64,000 nucleotides of DNA from Candidatus Latescibacterota bacterium (GCA_965214925.1 OZ244028.1:2361960-2425959), one strand, 5' to 3'. Shown: positions 29,335-38,891, counted from the first letter of the stretch. Notes: generated by a model not told the origin, from the letters alone. Numbers and translations are program-made.

Positions 29335-30689
29335 GTCCTCACCTTCTCAGATACTTTGTCGGCACCGGCCTCATCGGGCAACTGTGCCGCAGCCTCCCGC
29401 ACATCCACTTGGCCGGTAACCACATCGGCGATCAGGCGGGTGCGGTATTCGCTCAGCAACGCAATTTCCCGGTGGGCACGGTTAATGGCCGTGTCAATAT
29501 CAGCGGTCACCTTGTCGAGAAATGCGGCGATTTGCTTTTGTTCTTCAAGCGAGGGATACACACACGGAGTCGCCTCAACCTTTTCAACCGTAAAGTGAGC
29601 GATGGTTGCCTTGTTGCAGATCATGTCTATGTAGCCCACATGTTTGATGAAATATAGCCAGTAGTAAAGAAACCTCGTGTCTGCATCCTTTCGCGCTCTG
29701 ATGCGATGGACCGAGTTTTGAATATAACAGGCTTCCATCTCGTCATTCCAAAGCGTACCTCGGCCAACGTCCCCTCCCTCACAGACCAAGAGATCACCCT
29801 TGCGAAGTTTCAGTTTCTTCTTTTCCGCTGCCGTGAACCACATGCGTTTGACATCTGTAGTATCCACGCCACGCCAATGGATATTTGCTGCACGCAAGTA
29901 GGGTTCTTCGGTTTCATCTAGCGATGTTTGATTGGACTTGAGCATTTGACCTAAAGTGACTTGACAACTTCGCTTGATAAGCGAAATTTCCCACCCCGCT
30001 GGCACATCGCCGAGCCACTCAACGCCGGAGGGCTTGAGACGCGCGTCGGGATCGAGGCCGCGCGTAACAGCTTGGTGGATGACCGCCTGCCGTTGCTCCT
30101 CCAGCAACTCGATAAGCCGCTCCCTGCTGCTGATGTAGCGAGAATGCGCCCGGTCCATGTGATCGAGATAGCGGACGATGGCGGTTTGTTCGGGGAGGGG
30201 TGGGAGAGGTTGCACCATATCACCAATAAACTGCCAATCCGCACGCGGCATCTTGGCCCCGAAGGTTGAAGCGTTAATTGCATCTATAATTGGCTTTGAG
30301 CGCATCAGTTGCTCCAGATAACCTGGTGACATAGCGCAATCACGAGGCCGCAGTACCAGAAATTCGCCTACACAGACGCCAGCTCGATTAGGGCGTGTGA
30401 CCTTGGCCAAATAAGGCCGCAACTTGCCGAACAACACATCGCCAACTCGGAACCGCTTAACCTGACTATCAAAGTTCACATCCGACCCTGCGTCTCTGTA
30501 CCTACCCGTCCAGCTTTCAACATGTTCCATAGCAAGATAGATTTCGCGCTTCCTGCGTTTGTGCGTTTGGTCAGCAACATTCTCTACGGATAGCTTCAAC
30601 CGCCGCACCTCCCAATGTGCTGGCACGTCGCCGAGCCACTCAATGCCGGAGGGCTTGTAGGTGGGGTAGGGTTTGAGGTTGGTGGTCAT
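29331..30689 (-). CDS. hsdS: Type I restriction-modification specificity subunit S
   Basis: Two KPSG(I/V)EWLGDVP..WE conserved blocks, PPLPEQ and PSLEEQ, two TRDs, LIADVVTG; start moved to 30689. Confidence 0.95.
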   Translation of the reverse strand: MTTNLKPYPTYKPSGIEWLGDVPAHWEVRRLKLSVENVADQTHKRRKREIYLAMEHVESWTGRYRDAGSDVNFDSQVKRFRVGDVLFGKLRPYLAKVTRPNRAGVCVGEFLVLRPRDCAMSPGYLEQLMRSKPIIDAINASTFGAKMPRADWQFIGDMVQPLPPLPEQTAIVRYLDHMDRAHSRYISSRERLIELLEEQRQAVIHQAVTRGLDPDARLKPSGVEWLGDVPAGWEISLIKRSCQVTLGQMLKSNQTSLDETEEPYLRAANIHWRGVDTTDVKRMWFTAAEKKKLKLRKGDLLVCEGGDVGRGTLWNDEMEACYIQNSVHRIRARKDADTRFLYYWLYFIKHVGYIDMICNKATIAHFTVEKVEATPCVYPSLEEQKQIAAFLDKVTADIDTAINRAHREIALLSEYRTRLIADVVTGQVDVREAAAQLPDEAGADKVSEKVRT

Positions 30690-30924
30690 ACATTCACAGA
30701 AGTCGGTCAGTTCCCAAATTTGGCGCAAAAACGAAAGAGGCTCACGCCACGTTGCGGAAGGAAATGGTACTTGAGTTAGAAAAAAAAGTCAAATGGCGTC
30801 TCCGAGAAGTCGAGCCAGCATCTTGTTTATCAATGCAGAAAGAGATATATTACGTCTCATAGGGTGTCAGATAATTAGTTGGACAGGTTGAAAAATCCGA
30901 ACCTTACCACTAAGGAGTAACGGA

Positions 30925-31962
30925 ATGAAAAAAATAGAAGAGAAGATGGAAAAATTAGAAATGTTGGTAAAAGGAGGACGGGAATACTGCCAGCAATCCG
31001 ACGATCTCGCTTTGGGATATGTAACTGGATTTGTGGCCCCAGCGTTGGAGGATGTGTTAAAAGCCAAGTGTTGCGAGATCGAAAAACGCCACAGGCTTGA
31101 TGACGCTAAAGGAGGGGAAAATTTTGTCATTCACTATACGAGCATCGATACTCTCGTTTCCATGCTTCAAAATGCCGCGAAAAACAAACAGGATGCGTCG
31201 AAGGACGAACAAAAATCTTCACAGGACGAAAAGGATTCTTCGTTGCGTCTGTACGACTCTGTACATTTCAACGATCCAGATGAAGGCAATTATTTTGTTC
31301 GTAATCTGAACCTGCCAAAAAAATATAACTGGCTAAACAAAAAGAATTTACCTCACGCTTACATCGCCTCTTTCATTATTCCCGATAGGGAAAAAAATAT
31401 GAGCGACAATCTCGCATTGTGGCGCACCTACGGGAGAGAAGGCGAGGGTTGCTCGTTATCACTACACATCCCGAGTAATCAATTGCGGAAAGTTCTTTAC
31501 GGCGCTGATGAGGTGAAATGCACTGGGCGGCTTCTGCGGCCTGTCTTGGATTCTCTATCGCCGTTGGTGAGCATTCTCAAACAGTCGATTAGAGAAGATA
31601 TTCGGGAAAAATTGGCAGAGACCATTTGGAAATCCTTGGAAGGCATTCGCTATCTGTATAAGAGTGAAGCGTACGATTATGAAAGAGAATGTCGTTTTGT
31701 TATTCCTGAATTAGATACTGTTGAAGACGAAATTTGCTTTGAGTATCACCAACAAAACAATGCTCCTACGCGCATAAGACATTATTACGAGAACAAACAT
31801 CTCAAGACTCAGAATATATTGGTCACTGGCAGTTTAATCACGCTCGGGCCTTGTGTACCTTATCCTCACAATATGCGCTATTACCTTGGAGCCCTGATGC
31901 GAAAAGCGGGATTGCTCGGACCGGAAATCAAGATTTCCGAAATACCTTATCGAAAACCTTGA
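30925..31962 (+). CDS. DUF2971-like protein
   Basis: HYTS, FNDPDEG, DNLALWRTYG..G.G, YKSEAYDYERECR, ITLGP; AT-rich. Confidence 0.8.
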   Translation: MKKIEEKMEKLEMLVKGGREYCQQSDDLALGYVTGFVAPALEDVLKAKCCEIEKRHRLDDAKGGENFVIHYTSIDTLVSMLQNAAKNKQDASKDEQKSSQDEKDSSLRLYDSVHFNDPDEGNYFVRNLNLPKKYNWLNKKNLPHAYIASFIIPDREKNMSDNLALWRTYGREGEGCSLSLHIPSNQLRKVLYGADEVKCTGRLLRPVLDSLSPLVSILKQSIREDIREKLAETIWKSLEGIRYLYKSEAYDYERECRFVIPELDTVEDEICFEYHQQNNAPTRIRHYYENKHLKTQNILVTGSLITLGPCVPYPHNMRYYLGALMRKAGLLGPEIKISEIPYRKP

Positions 31963-33397
31963 CAACGTGTTGCCCAATCCTGCGCCATCTGGATTTCGGC
32001 GGCTGTATGTGTTCCTCTATCAAATAGAATGGATTTTCCGTATCGCCTTGTGCATGGCGTTGGCGGAAAGAGCAGTTGGTGTGACATTCGTCATTGATAA
32101 TGCGCGTCTCGGCCGTCACAAATTGGTAGTCCTGCTGCCGCACCAACGGCCACCAATCCGCGGCGAGCAAATAGCGGAGCATCAAATTCACCTCCATTCC
32201 CGCAACGCCTAAACTAAACGGAAATACATTCTGGTTGCCGACTCGTTCTTCAGGAGGCAAATTGCTGACATAAGACGGATCGTCAAGCGACCCGTCCAAT
32301 TCCATGACCACCATGCTCGAATTGTATTGTTTGCTGCAACGCAGACACTGATGGTAGGGCGTGACAATGTGTGCGCGCCAATGCGCTGAAAACAGGCTGT
32401 CTTTTCGCCTGTCTGTTTCCACCGCGATTCCGCCATCAATGACCGGAATCAAGTGAGCTTGTGCAATATAATTTAAGACATCGCGGGGAACTGGTCGGTC
32501 GACGCAAGAAAAAAGAACATCGCAATCCAACGCGGCCTTGTAAGCCGCGCGGTTGTGAACCGAGACTGGCAAAGCGGTTATTTGGATTTTTTCAGCGGTA
32601 GCATTGCGCCGCATCGCTCGCGCTGCCAAATTGACCTTCAACTTGCCAATGTCTTGCACCGTTCCATAGAGCAACCGGTCGAGATTGTGTTCCTCAACTT
32701 TATCGGGATCGATCAGAGTAACTTGTGCAATTCCGATTCGAGCCATAGCTTCGGCGACAATGCAACCGACGCTGCCAAGCCCGACTATACCGACTTTCAA
32801 ACGCGAGATTGTATTTTGCGCTTCGCGCCCCCATGTGTCGAACGTGCGCCTGAGAATATCCCTTCGCAGCGGTGGCGGCGCGATGTGGTCGTTAAAATAA
32901 ATTCTGTAGGATTGCGGCCCGACAATGCGAATTTTCTCGCACCAATGGCGGCGCATTTGTCCACCGTCTCTCTCCCAAAAACGCGCGCTCCAGTAACCGT
33001 CAGTGCCGATTGTCAACCCCACCAATGGCAAGCCCGTCGCCCCCGCTGGATACGCCAAAACATCTCGCTCTGCTTCTATATCAGTATCACTCATTCCCTG
33101 CCATCCAGGACTTGGATGGCTGTGCATAAAAGCCAATCCCGCCTCTTTTTTTTTTGCTATTTTCATCGCCCGTGCGAGATAGTCAGGCTCGAAACTGGCG
33201 TTGCCGTGCAGGATTCGCTCGCCTTTTTTGGGCAGGATGATTTCGTCTATCAACGCGGCCCGGCGCGACTGTCCCGTGGACGGACGCCACAGGGCGAAGC
33301 ACAGGTCTTCTTGGCGCGTGCCGTTTCTATAATGTTGTAGTAAATGATCACTGGAGACTGAATCCGACTCTGCGGTGAGAACCGCCTCAAATTTCAT
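31928..33397 (-). CDS. JAB peptidase - ThiF/E1 adenylyltransferase fusion
   Basis: N-terminal QEDLCF and HSHP-x6-SDTD (JAB); C-terminal GLGSVG, DPDKVEEHNLDR, CVD, CLRC, CHTNC (E1); ATG 33397 overlaps the upstream stop (ATGA). Confidence 0.88.
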   Translation of the reverse strand: MKFEAVLTAESDSVSSDHLLQHYRNGTRQEDLCFALWRPSTGQSRRAALIDEIILPKKGERILHGNASFEPDYLARAMKIAKKKEAGLAFMHSHPSPGWQGMSDTDIEAERDVLAYPAGATGLPLVGLTIGTDGYWSARFWERDGGQMRRHWCEKIRIVGPQSYRIYFNDHIAPPPLRRDILRRTFDTWGREAQNTISRLKVGIVGLGSVGCIVAEAMARIGIAQVTLIDPDKVEEHNLDRLLYGTVQDIGKLKVNLAARAMRRNATAEKIQITALPVSVHNRAAYKAALDCDVLFSCVDRPVPRDVLNYIAQAHLIPVIDGGIAVETDRRKDSLFSAHWRAHIVTPYHQCLRCSKQYNSSMVVMELDGSLDDPSYVSNLPPEERVGNQNVFPFSLGVAGMEVNLMLRYLLAADWWPLVRQQDYQFVTAETRIINDECHTNCSFRQRHAQGDTENPFYLIEEHIQPPKSRWRRIGQHVVKVFDKVFRKS

Positions 33398-34032
33398 ACG
33401 TCTTTCCAAATTCGTCGCAAGTGTTCGTTTATATAAACGCGCATGTGCTTTGTCGGTAGCCGATCCCATATATCCCCCGGAGGTCTGCTCATTGCGATCC
33501 ATTCATGCCCTTGTACATCGTATCTTTCGACCACGCCTCCTTTCCCGTCGTCGATTGGCGGAGTTACATGGATCCAGTGAGGGGGGTATTCAGGGTACCC
33601 GTTTTCTTGGAAGCTGACACCTACTGTGACTTGCTTGCCTTTATGAGAGCCGGTTTCGATCTTATAGTTAAAAGAAACCACTTTTCCGTGCGGGCTATCA
33701 GACATCGACGTTTCGTACTCCAAGGATTCCAACTCGGCCTTTATTCGGTTGATATTATCGGACATTTCAGGAATGGTTGCCACTGGCGTGGATTTGTTGG
33801 GAATCGTGATAAACAGGTTGTCTTCCTCCAGATCGACCCAGTCATCCCAACCATACTGGCCCTTGTCGCCTTGCAAGATATAATCCTCCGGCTTGCCAGG
33901 AATGGCTCCTCTTTTTTCAGCGAGTTCCAGAATGTCGTGCGCGACAACTTTCTGATGCGAAACGGTCATCTCAATGCCGTTCACTTTTAAGATAAAAGAA
34001 CGGCTCTCTTCTCTTTCGCCTTTTGCAGCCAT
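33394..34032 (-). CDS. Ubiquitin-like (multi-ubiquitin type) domain fused to a prokaryotic E2-like domain
   Basis: ~85-aa beta-grasp-like pattern (FILKVNG, DILELA, YIL, VDLEE, FITIP) then YPEYPPHWIHV and WIAMSRP; AGGAGGTG RBS before ATG 34032. Confidence 0.7.
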   Translation of the reverse strand: MAAKGEREESRSFILKVNGIEMTVSHQKVVAHDILELAEKRGAIPGKPEDYILQGDKGQYGWDDWVDLEEDNLFITIPNKSTPVATIPEMSDNINRIKAELESLEYETSMSDSPHGKVVSFNYKIETGSHKGKQVTVGVSFQENGYPEYPPHWIHVTPPIDDGKGGVVERYDVQGHEWIAMSRPPGDIWDRLPTKHMRVYINEHLRRIWKDV

Positions 34033-34091
34033 TTTACACCTCCTGATGTTAGTTATACCAGAGAATGAACCCCGATCTGCGTTAATCGTTA

Positions 34092-34120
34092 AATATATCA
34101 AGTGTCAGTTAGAGTGTCAA
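34092..34120 (-). promoter_or_regulatory. sigma70 promoter of the Ubl-E2/JAB-E1 operon
   Basis: TTGACA-N17-TATATT, containing a TGACACT direct repeat. Confidence 0.75.
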
Positions 34121-34330
34121 GGTCACGGATAGCGGACCTGATGTGATAGGGAAAGTACTCAGCATCCCCGCCCCATCCGCGCCGCACTGTCAGAAGTCAA
34201 GCGGGCTGATTTGCTCGACGGTCCCTCGCGTAGCCCACTTCTTGTCCAGTCGGACTTTGTCCATCTGACCTCCTCCGATAATCTCAATCAGCACTCGCCT
34301 GCCCGGCGAACGCATATTCAAGACTGCGTT

Positions 34331-34485
34331 TAGTGGTCTTTCAAATAAATTCGATTACATTTTTTTTCAGTGCTTTTATTGTCTGGATTCCCGCGTTCGC
34401 GGGCATGACGTCCGTTGCTCGTCACTCCTGCGAAAGCAGGAGTCCAGTAGGTTAAGTCAATAAACTGATTTGAAGAACCATTTAG
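34331..34485. mobile_element. MITE-like element containing a pair of palindromes
   Basis: Imperfect terminal inverted repeats TAGTGGTCTTTCAAAT / ATTTGAAGAACCATTTA around TGGATTCCCGCGTTCGCGGGCATGAC and GTCACTCCTGCGAAAGCAGGAGTCCA. Confidence 0.55.
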
Positions 34486-34537
34486 TATAGCCAACTCTGC
34501 CCGCGCATTCAAGGTTGCTTTTTGTTTGCCGCGACAA

Positions 34538-36661
34538 CTACGCCCCGATAATCTCCGACAAAAGCCCCTGGTTTTCTCGCTCCAAAGCCATTATATCGGC
34601 GCGAATCTCCTCCCGTGATCGCATCGGCTGTGGCTTGTAAAAGTGGCGGGTAAAGCTGATTTCGTAACCGATTTTGACACTCGCCGAGACATACCAAGCG
34701 TCGGGCGCGTAGGGCAACACCTCGCGGCGCAAGAAGCCCTCGATGCCGCCCTCCGAGAGCAGGGGCACCTGTTCGGTGTCGCGCAACTCGCGGTCGGGTT
34801 CGTACTCGACGACGAGGGGCCCGTCACTCGCGGTCGTTTCGACCCGACCGCGAATCGGATCCGGCGACATCCTGCCCGATTTGTGAATTTTTTTCACGAC
34901 GGGTTCCGCGGCCTTCTCGCGAAATGCCAGCTGCGTTTGCAACCGTTTCTTTCGCTTGGCGGTCAGCTTGACGCCATGCTCAGCGGCGACCGCGGCGACC
35001 GCGGCCATAAAATTGTTGAAGTCGAGGTGGGGGCCGTTGCCGATGGTCTCTGCCACTCGATCTATGACATGGGCGAGCGGTTCATCATCCGCGTCTCGGA
35101 ACCGCGTGCGGTGTTCCAGCGACAGATCCACGCCGAGACGCAAGGGGCGTTCAACCGTGACCTTATAGTAGCCGAATGCTTTGTTGGGAAAGATCTTCGA
35201 CTGCCCGGTTTCCTCAAACGCGAGAAAGGCGTCGCAGACGCGGCGGATGTCCGCGGGCGAAAATTCACAATTCTTATTGCCGAGATTTTTACGCAGTGGA
35301 CTGAACCACTCGGTGGCGTCAATGAGTTGCACTTTGCCGCGCCGATGCGCCGGCTTGCGGTTGGTGAGCACCCAGATGTAGGTGGCGATGCCGGTATTGT
35401 AGAACATGTTGAGCGGCAGCGCGACAATGGCTTCCAGCCAGTCGTTTTCGATGATCCAGCGGCGGATGTTGCTCTCGCCTTGGCCCGCGTCGCCGGTGAA
35501 GAGGGAACTGCCGTTGTGGACTTCGGCGATGCGGCTGCCGAGTTTGGTGTCGCGCTTCATCTTGGAGATCATGTTGGCGAGGAACAACATCTGCCCGTCG
35601 CTCGAGCGCGTGAGCAGAGAATACGCCGCGTCGCCGTCGTGGCCGATGATGAACCGCGGGTCGGATACGCCGCGCTTGCCGCCCATGCGGTCGAGGTCGT
35701 TTTTCCAACTCTTGCCGTAGGGCGGATTGCTGAGCATGAAGTCAAATTTGCGGGATGGGAAGGCGTCGTTGGCGAGCGTGGAGTGCTCTCCTCCGCCAAC
35801 GATATTGTCTGCGGCATCGCCTTCGCCCTTGAGCAACAGGTCGGCCTTGCAGATGGCATAGGTCTCGGCGTTGATTTCCTGGCCGTAGAGATGCGTGGAG
35901 ACCTGCTTGCCGCGTGCCCGAGCGAGTTCTTGCAGCGTTTCCTCGGCGACCGTCAACATGCCGCCGGTGCCGCAGGCGCCGTCATAGAGCAAATAGGTGC
36001 TCGACTCGATCTGATCGGCGACGGGCAGGAAGACGAGATTTGCCATCAGCTTGACCGCGTCGCGCGGCGTCCAGTGTTCGCCGGCCTCTTCGTTGTTCTC
36101 TTCGTTGAACCGCCGCACGAGTTCCTCAAAGATCGTCCCCATCGCGTGATTGTCGAGGCCGAAAAGCGCGACTGAGCCATCGGGATTTTTCACGGGGCAG
36201 GGGCTTAAGTTGATGTCTGGCGACAGGAATTTTTCAATCAGCGCGCCGAGAGCGTCGGCATCGGACAAGCGCGGAATCTGGTTGCGAAACTCGAAACGCT
36301 CGAGAATGTCCGACACATTGGACGAAAATCCATCCAAGTATGCCTCAAAGTCGGCGCGGAGTTGCTGCCGCCCGGCGCGGGAACGGAGGTCGCGCAAGGC
36401 AAATGGCGATGCGTTGTAAAAGGCGTGACCAGCGGCCTGCTTCAGGGCGGCTTCCTGTTCAACAATGCCATTCTTGTCGAGCCTGTCTTTCATCGCGAGA
36501 ACGGCCTGCTTGGTTGGCTCGAGTGCCACATCCAGCCGCCGAATCACCGTCATCGGCAAGATGATGTCGCGGTATTTGCCCCGCACGTACAGGTCGCGCA
36601 GCACGTCGTCGGCGATGCTCCAGATGAAGTTGGGAATGCGATTGAGTTGGCTGTCTGGCAT
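34538..36661 (-). CDS. hsdM: Type I restriction-modification methyltransferase subunit M
   Basis: FIWSIAD, AGEHWTPRD, DGACGTGGML, GQE, NPPYG, FYNTGI. Confidence 0.96.
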   Translation of the reverse strand: MPDSQLNRIPNFIWSIADDVLRDLYVRGKYRDIILPMTVIRRLDVALEPTKQAVLAMKDRLDKNGIVEQEAALKQAAGHAFYNASPFALRDLRSRAGRQQLRADFEAYLDGFSSNVSDILERFEFRNQIPRLSDADALGALIEKFLSPDINLSPCPVKNPDGSVALFGLDNHAMGTIFEELVRRFNEENNEEAGEHWTPRDAVKLMANLVFLPVADQIESSTYLLYDGACGTGGMLTVAEETLQELARARGKQVSTHLYGQEINAETYAICKADLLLKGEGDAADNIVGGGEHSTLANDAFPSRKFDFMLSNPPYGKSWKNDLDRMGGKRGVSDPRFIIGHDGDAAYSLLTRSSDGQMLFLANMISKMKRDTKLGSRIAEVHNGSSLFTGDAGQGESNIRRWIIENDWLEAIVALPLNMFYNTGIATYIWVLTNRKPAHRRGKVQLIDATEWFSPLRKNLGNKNCEFSPADIRRVCDAFLAFEETGQSKIFPNKAFGYYKVTVERPLRLGVDLSLEHRTRFRDADDEPLAHVIDRVAETIGNGPHLDFNNFMAAVAAVAAEHGVKLTAKRKKRLQTQLAFREKAAEPVVKKIHKSGRMSPDPIRGRVETTASDGPLVVEYEPDRELRDTEQVPLLSEGGIEGFLRREVLPYAPDAWYVSASVKIGYEISFTRHFYKPQPMRSREEIRADIMALERENQGLLSEIIGA

Positions 36662-36697
36662 TTGGCGGTCGTCCTTTGGGGAGGTCGGGCAACCCCA

Positions 36698-36796
36698 AGG
36701 GGTGCCCCTACTGTTGGTTAATGATCGCGGGCAACCACAAGGGATTGCCCCTGCTGCTGGGGTTGGGTGGCCTTCTCACTCCTCGCCTCTCACCTC
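36698..36796. repeat. Right ~100-bp composite direct repeat bordering the RM island
   Basis: Matches 25764-25883 in the same orientation. Confidence 0.85.
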
Positions 36797-37845
36797 TTTA
36801 GCCGCGCCTGCCAACTGGCGACGATTTCGCCTATGGTATCGTCGAGCGATTTTGTGATGCCCCAGTTGGGATAGTGCGATTTCATTTTTCGCAGGTCGCT
36901 GTAATAGCAGATGTGATCGCCCTCGCGGGGTCGTTCAGAATAGGTGTGGTGCATTTTTTTGCCAGAATACCGAGCGACCCGATCAAACGCTTCGAGAATG
37001 GAACAACTGTTGTCTTTTCCACCGCCCAAGTTATACACTTCGCCACATCGGGGAGATTGGGCAAATGCCCACATGAAACGGGCGACATCGCAGGCGTGAA
37101 TATTGTCGCGCACCTGTTTGCCTTTGTAGCCCAAAACCGTGTACGCGCGACCTTCCAGATTACACTTGATCAAATAGCTCAAAAAGCCATGCAGTTCAAC
37201 GCCGCTGTGATTGGGGCCGGTGAGGCATCCGCCGCGCAAGCAACAGGTGGGCATGCCAAAATAGCAACCGTATTCCTGCACCAGAATATCGGCAGCCACT
37301 TTGGACGCGCCAAAAAGCGAGTGCTTGGACTGATCAATGGTGAACGTTTCCGGGATGCCGTGTTGGTACGCGGGATCGTCGTAATCGTAGCGGGTGTCCA
37401 ATTCCTTCAGGGCAATGCGGTTGGGGGCATCGCCGTAAACCTTGTTGGTGGACATGTGAATGAAGGGCGATTCGGGGCAGGCCTGACGCGCGGCTTCGAG
37501 CAAGTTGAGCGTGCCGACGGCGTTGACGTCAAAATCGTCGAAGGGCATGCGCGCCGCGAGGTCGTGCGAGGGTTGCGCCGCGGTGTGGACGATAACCGCG
37601 GGGCGAATTTGGGACAGAAGATCGCCCATGCCACGGCGGTCTCGGATGTCAATTTCGTGGTGGTGGAAGTGTTTTAAGACCGTGCTCAAGCGTCTCTGAT
37701 TCCAACGCGTGTCCCCACTGGGGCCAAAAAAAACAGCGCGTTGATTGTTGTCAATACCGTGCACAACATAGCCCTGTTCGGCAAAAAAAATGCAGACTTC
37801 TGAACCAATGAGGCCCGATGAACCAGTGACGAGAAGGGTTTTCAT
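36790..37845 (-). CDS. NAD-dependent epimerase/dehydratase (CDP-paratose 2-epimerase-like)
   Basis: [37 protein letters not shown]. Confidence 0.9.
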   Translation of the reverse strand: MKTLLVTGSSGLIGSEVCIFFAEQGYVVHGIDNNQRAVFFGPSGDTRWNQRRLSTVLKHFHHHEIDIRDRRGMGDLLSQIRPAVIVHTAAQPSHDLAARMPFDDFDVNAVGTLNLLEAARQACPESPFIHMSTNKVYGDAPNRIALKELDTRYDYDDPAYQHGIPETFTIDQSKHSLFGASKVAADILVQEYGCYFGMPTCCLRGGCLTGPNHSGVELHGFLSYLIKCNLEGRAYTVLGYKGKQVRDNIHACDVARFMWAFAQSPRCGEVYNLGGGKDNSCSILEAFDRVARYSGKKMHHTYSERPREGDHICYYSDLRKMKSHYPNWGITKSLDDTIGEIVASWQARLKR

Positions 37846-37964
37846 AAGGAGCTATCAGCGGTCAGTCCCCGCCCATCCACCCAAAGGCGAGAGGTAGGGG
37901 CGGTGTCCCTGTCTGCCGACAGGCAGGCCTATGCCCGCCCGAAGCGAGATGCCCGCTGACCGCT

Positions 37965-38891
37965 TTACAAGTTGAGTTTTGCAATGTTTTGGCGCACGTC
38001 AGAAGCCGATTTTTGTAGGGCAGCGGTTTCTTCTGGGGTGAGGCCAATTTCGATGATGCTTTCAACGCCTTTGGCACCGAGCTTTGTGGGCACGCCGACA
38101 AAAAGGTCGTGGATGCCGTATTGCCCGGTGAGATATGCAGCACAGGGCAAGATGCGTTTTTTGTCGCGGGCAATGGCGGCGACCATTTCGGCAACAGCCG
38201 AAGCCGGTGCATAATAGGCACTGCCCGTTTTGAGGTGTGCGACAATTTCCGCGCCGCCATCCCGCGTCCTTTGTACAATGGCGTCAATGGTGGGGCCGTC
38301 GAGCAATTCGGTGAGGGGAATGCCCGCGACAGAAGAATAGCGCGGCAGCGGCACCATCGAGTCGCCGTGCCCGCCGAGCACAAACGCGGTCACGTCTTCA
38401 ACGGAAACACCGAGCGCCTCGGCGATGAAAAAGCGAAAACGCGCGGAATCGAGAATACCGGCCATGCCAACCACGCGGTGGGGCGGAAAGCCGGTTTTTT
38501 TCAGTGCCACATAAGCCATGACATCGAGTGGATTGGAAACGACAATGACGATGGCATGGGGGGCTGCGTGTCGCACATCTCGACAGACCGCGCCGACGAT
38601 ATCCGCGTTGGTAGCCTGCAAATCGTCGCGGCTCATGCCGGGTGTGCGCGCCATGCCAGCGGTGATCACAACGAGGTCACACCCCGACAGGGCACTAGGG
38701 TCATTGCTGCCGATCAGACAGGTGTCGAAACGCTCAACAGGCGCGGACTCGGCCATGTCGAGGCCCTTGCCCTGCGGCATGCCCTCGGCCACATCGAGGA
38801 GCACCACCTCGCGGGCCAATTCTCTTTCGGCAATGCGTTGTGCAGCGGTCGCGCCCACATTGCCCGCCCCAATGATCCCAATTTTGTTCAT
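37965..38891 (-). CDS. mdh: Malate dehydrogenase (LDH-like type)
   Basis: [41 protein letters not shown]; start moved to 38891. Confidence 0.96.
   Translation of the reverse strand: MNKIGIIGAGNVGATAAQRIAERELAREVVLLDVAEGMPQGKGLDMAESAPVERFDTCLIGSNDPSALSGCDLVVITAGMARTPGMSRDDLQATNADIVGAVCRDVRHAAPHAIVIVVSNPLDVMAYVALKKTGFPPHRVVGMAGILDSARFRFFIAEALGVSVEDVTAFVLGGHGDSMVPLPRYSSVAGIPLTELLDGPTIDAIVQRTRDGGAEIVAHLKTGSAYYAPASAVAEMVAAIARDKKRILPCAAYLTGQYGIHDLFVGVPTKLGAKGVESIIEIGLTPEETAALQKSASDVRQNIAKLNL

Noticed and set aside
31928-33397. Housekeeping ThiF/MoeB for thiamine or molybdopterin synthesis, or CBASS Cap2/Cap3
   Set aside because: JAB fusion, E2 partner and RM context argue against cofactor synthesis; no cyclase (CD-NTase) gene is nearby.
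33398-33502. N-terminal extension of JAB-E1 given in the ORF track
   Set aside because: Overlaps the E2 coding region; the ATGA-coupled start at 33397 is more plausible.
34643-36175. 510-aa + strand ORF
   Set aside because: Antisense shadow of hsdM.
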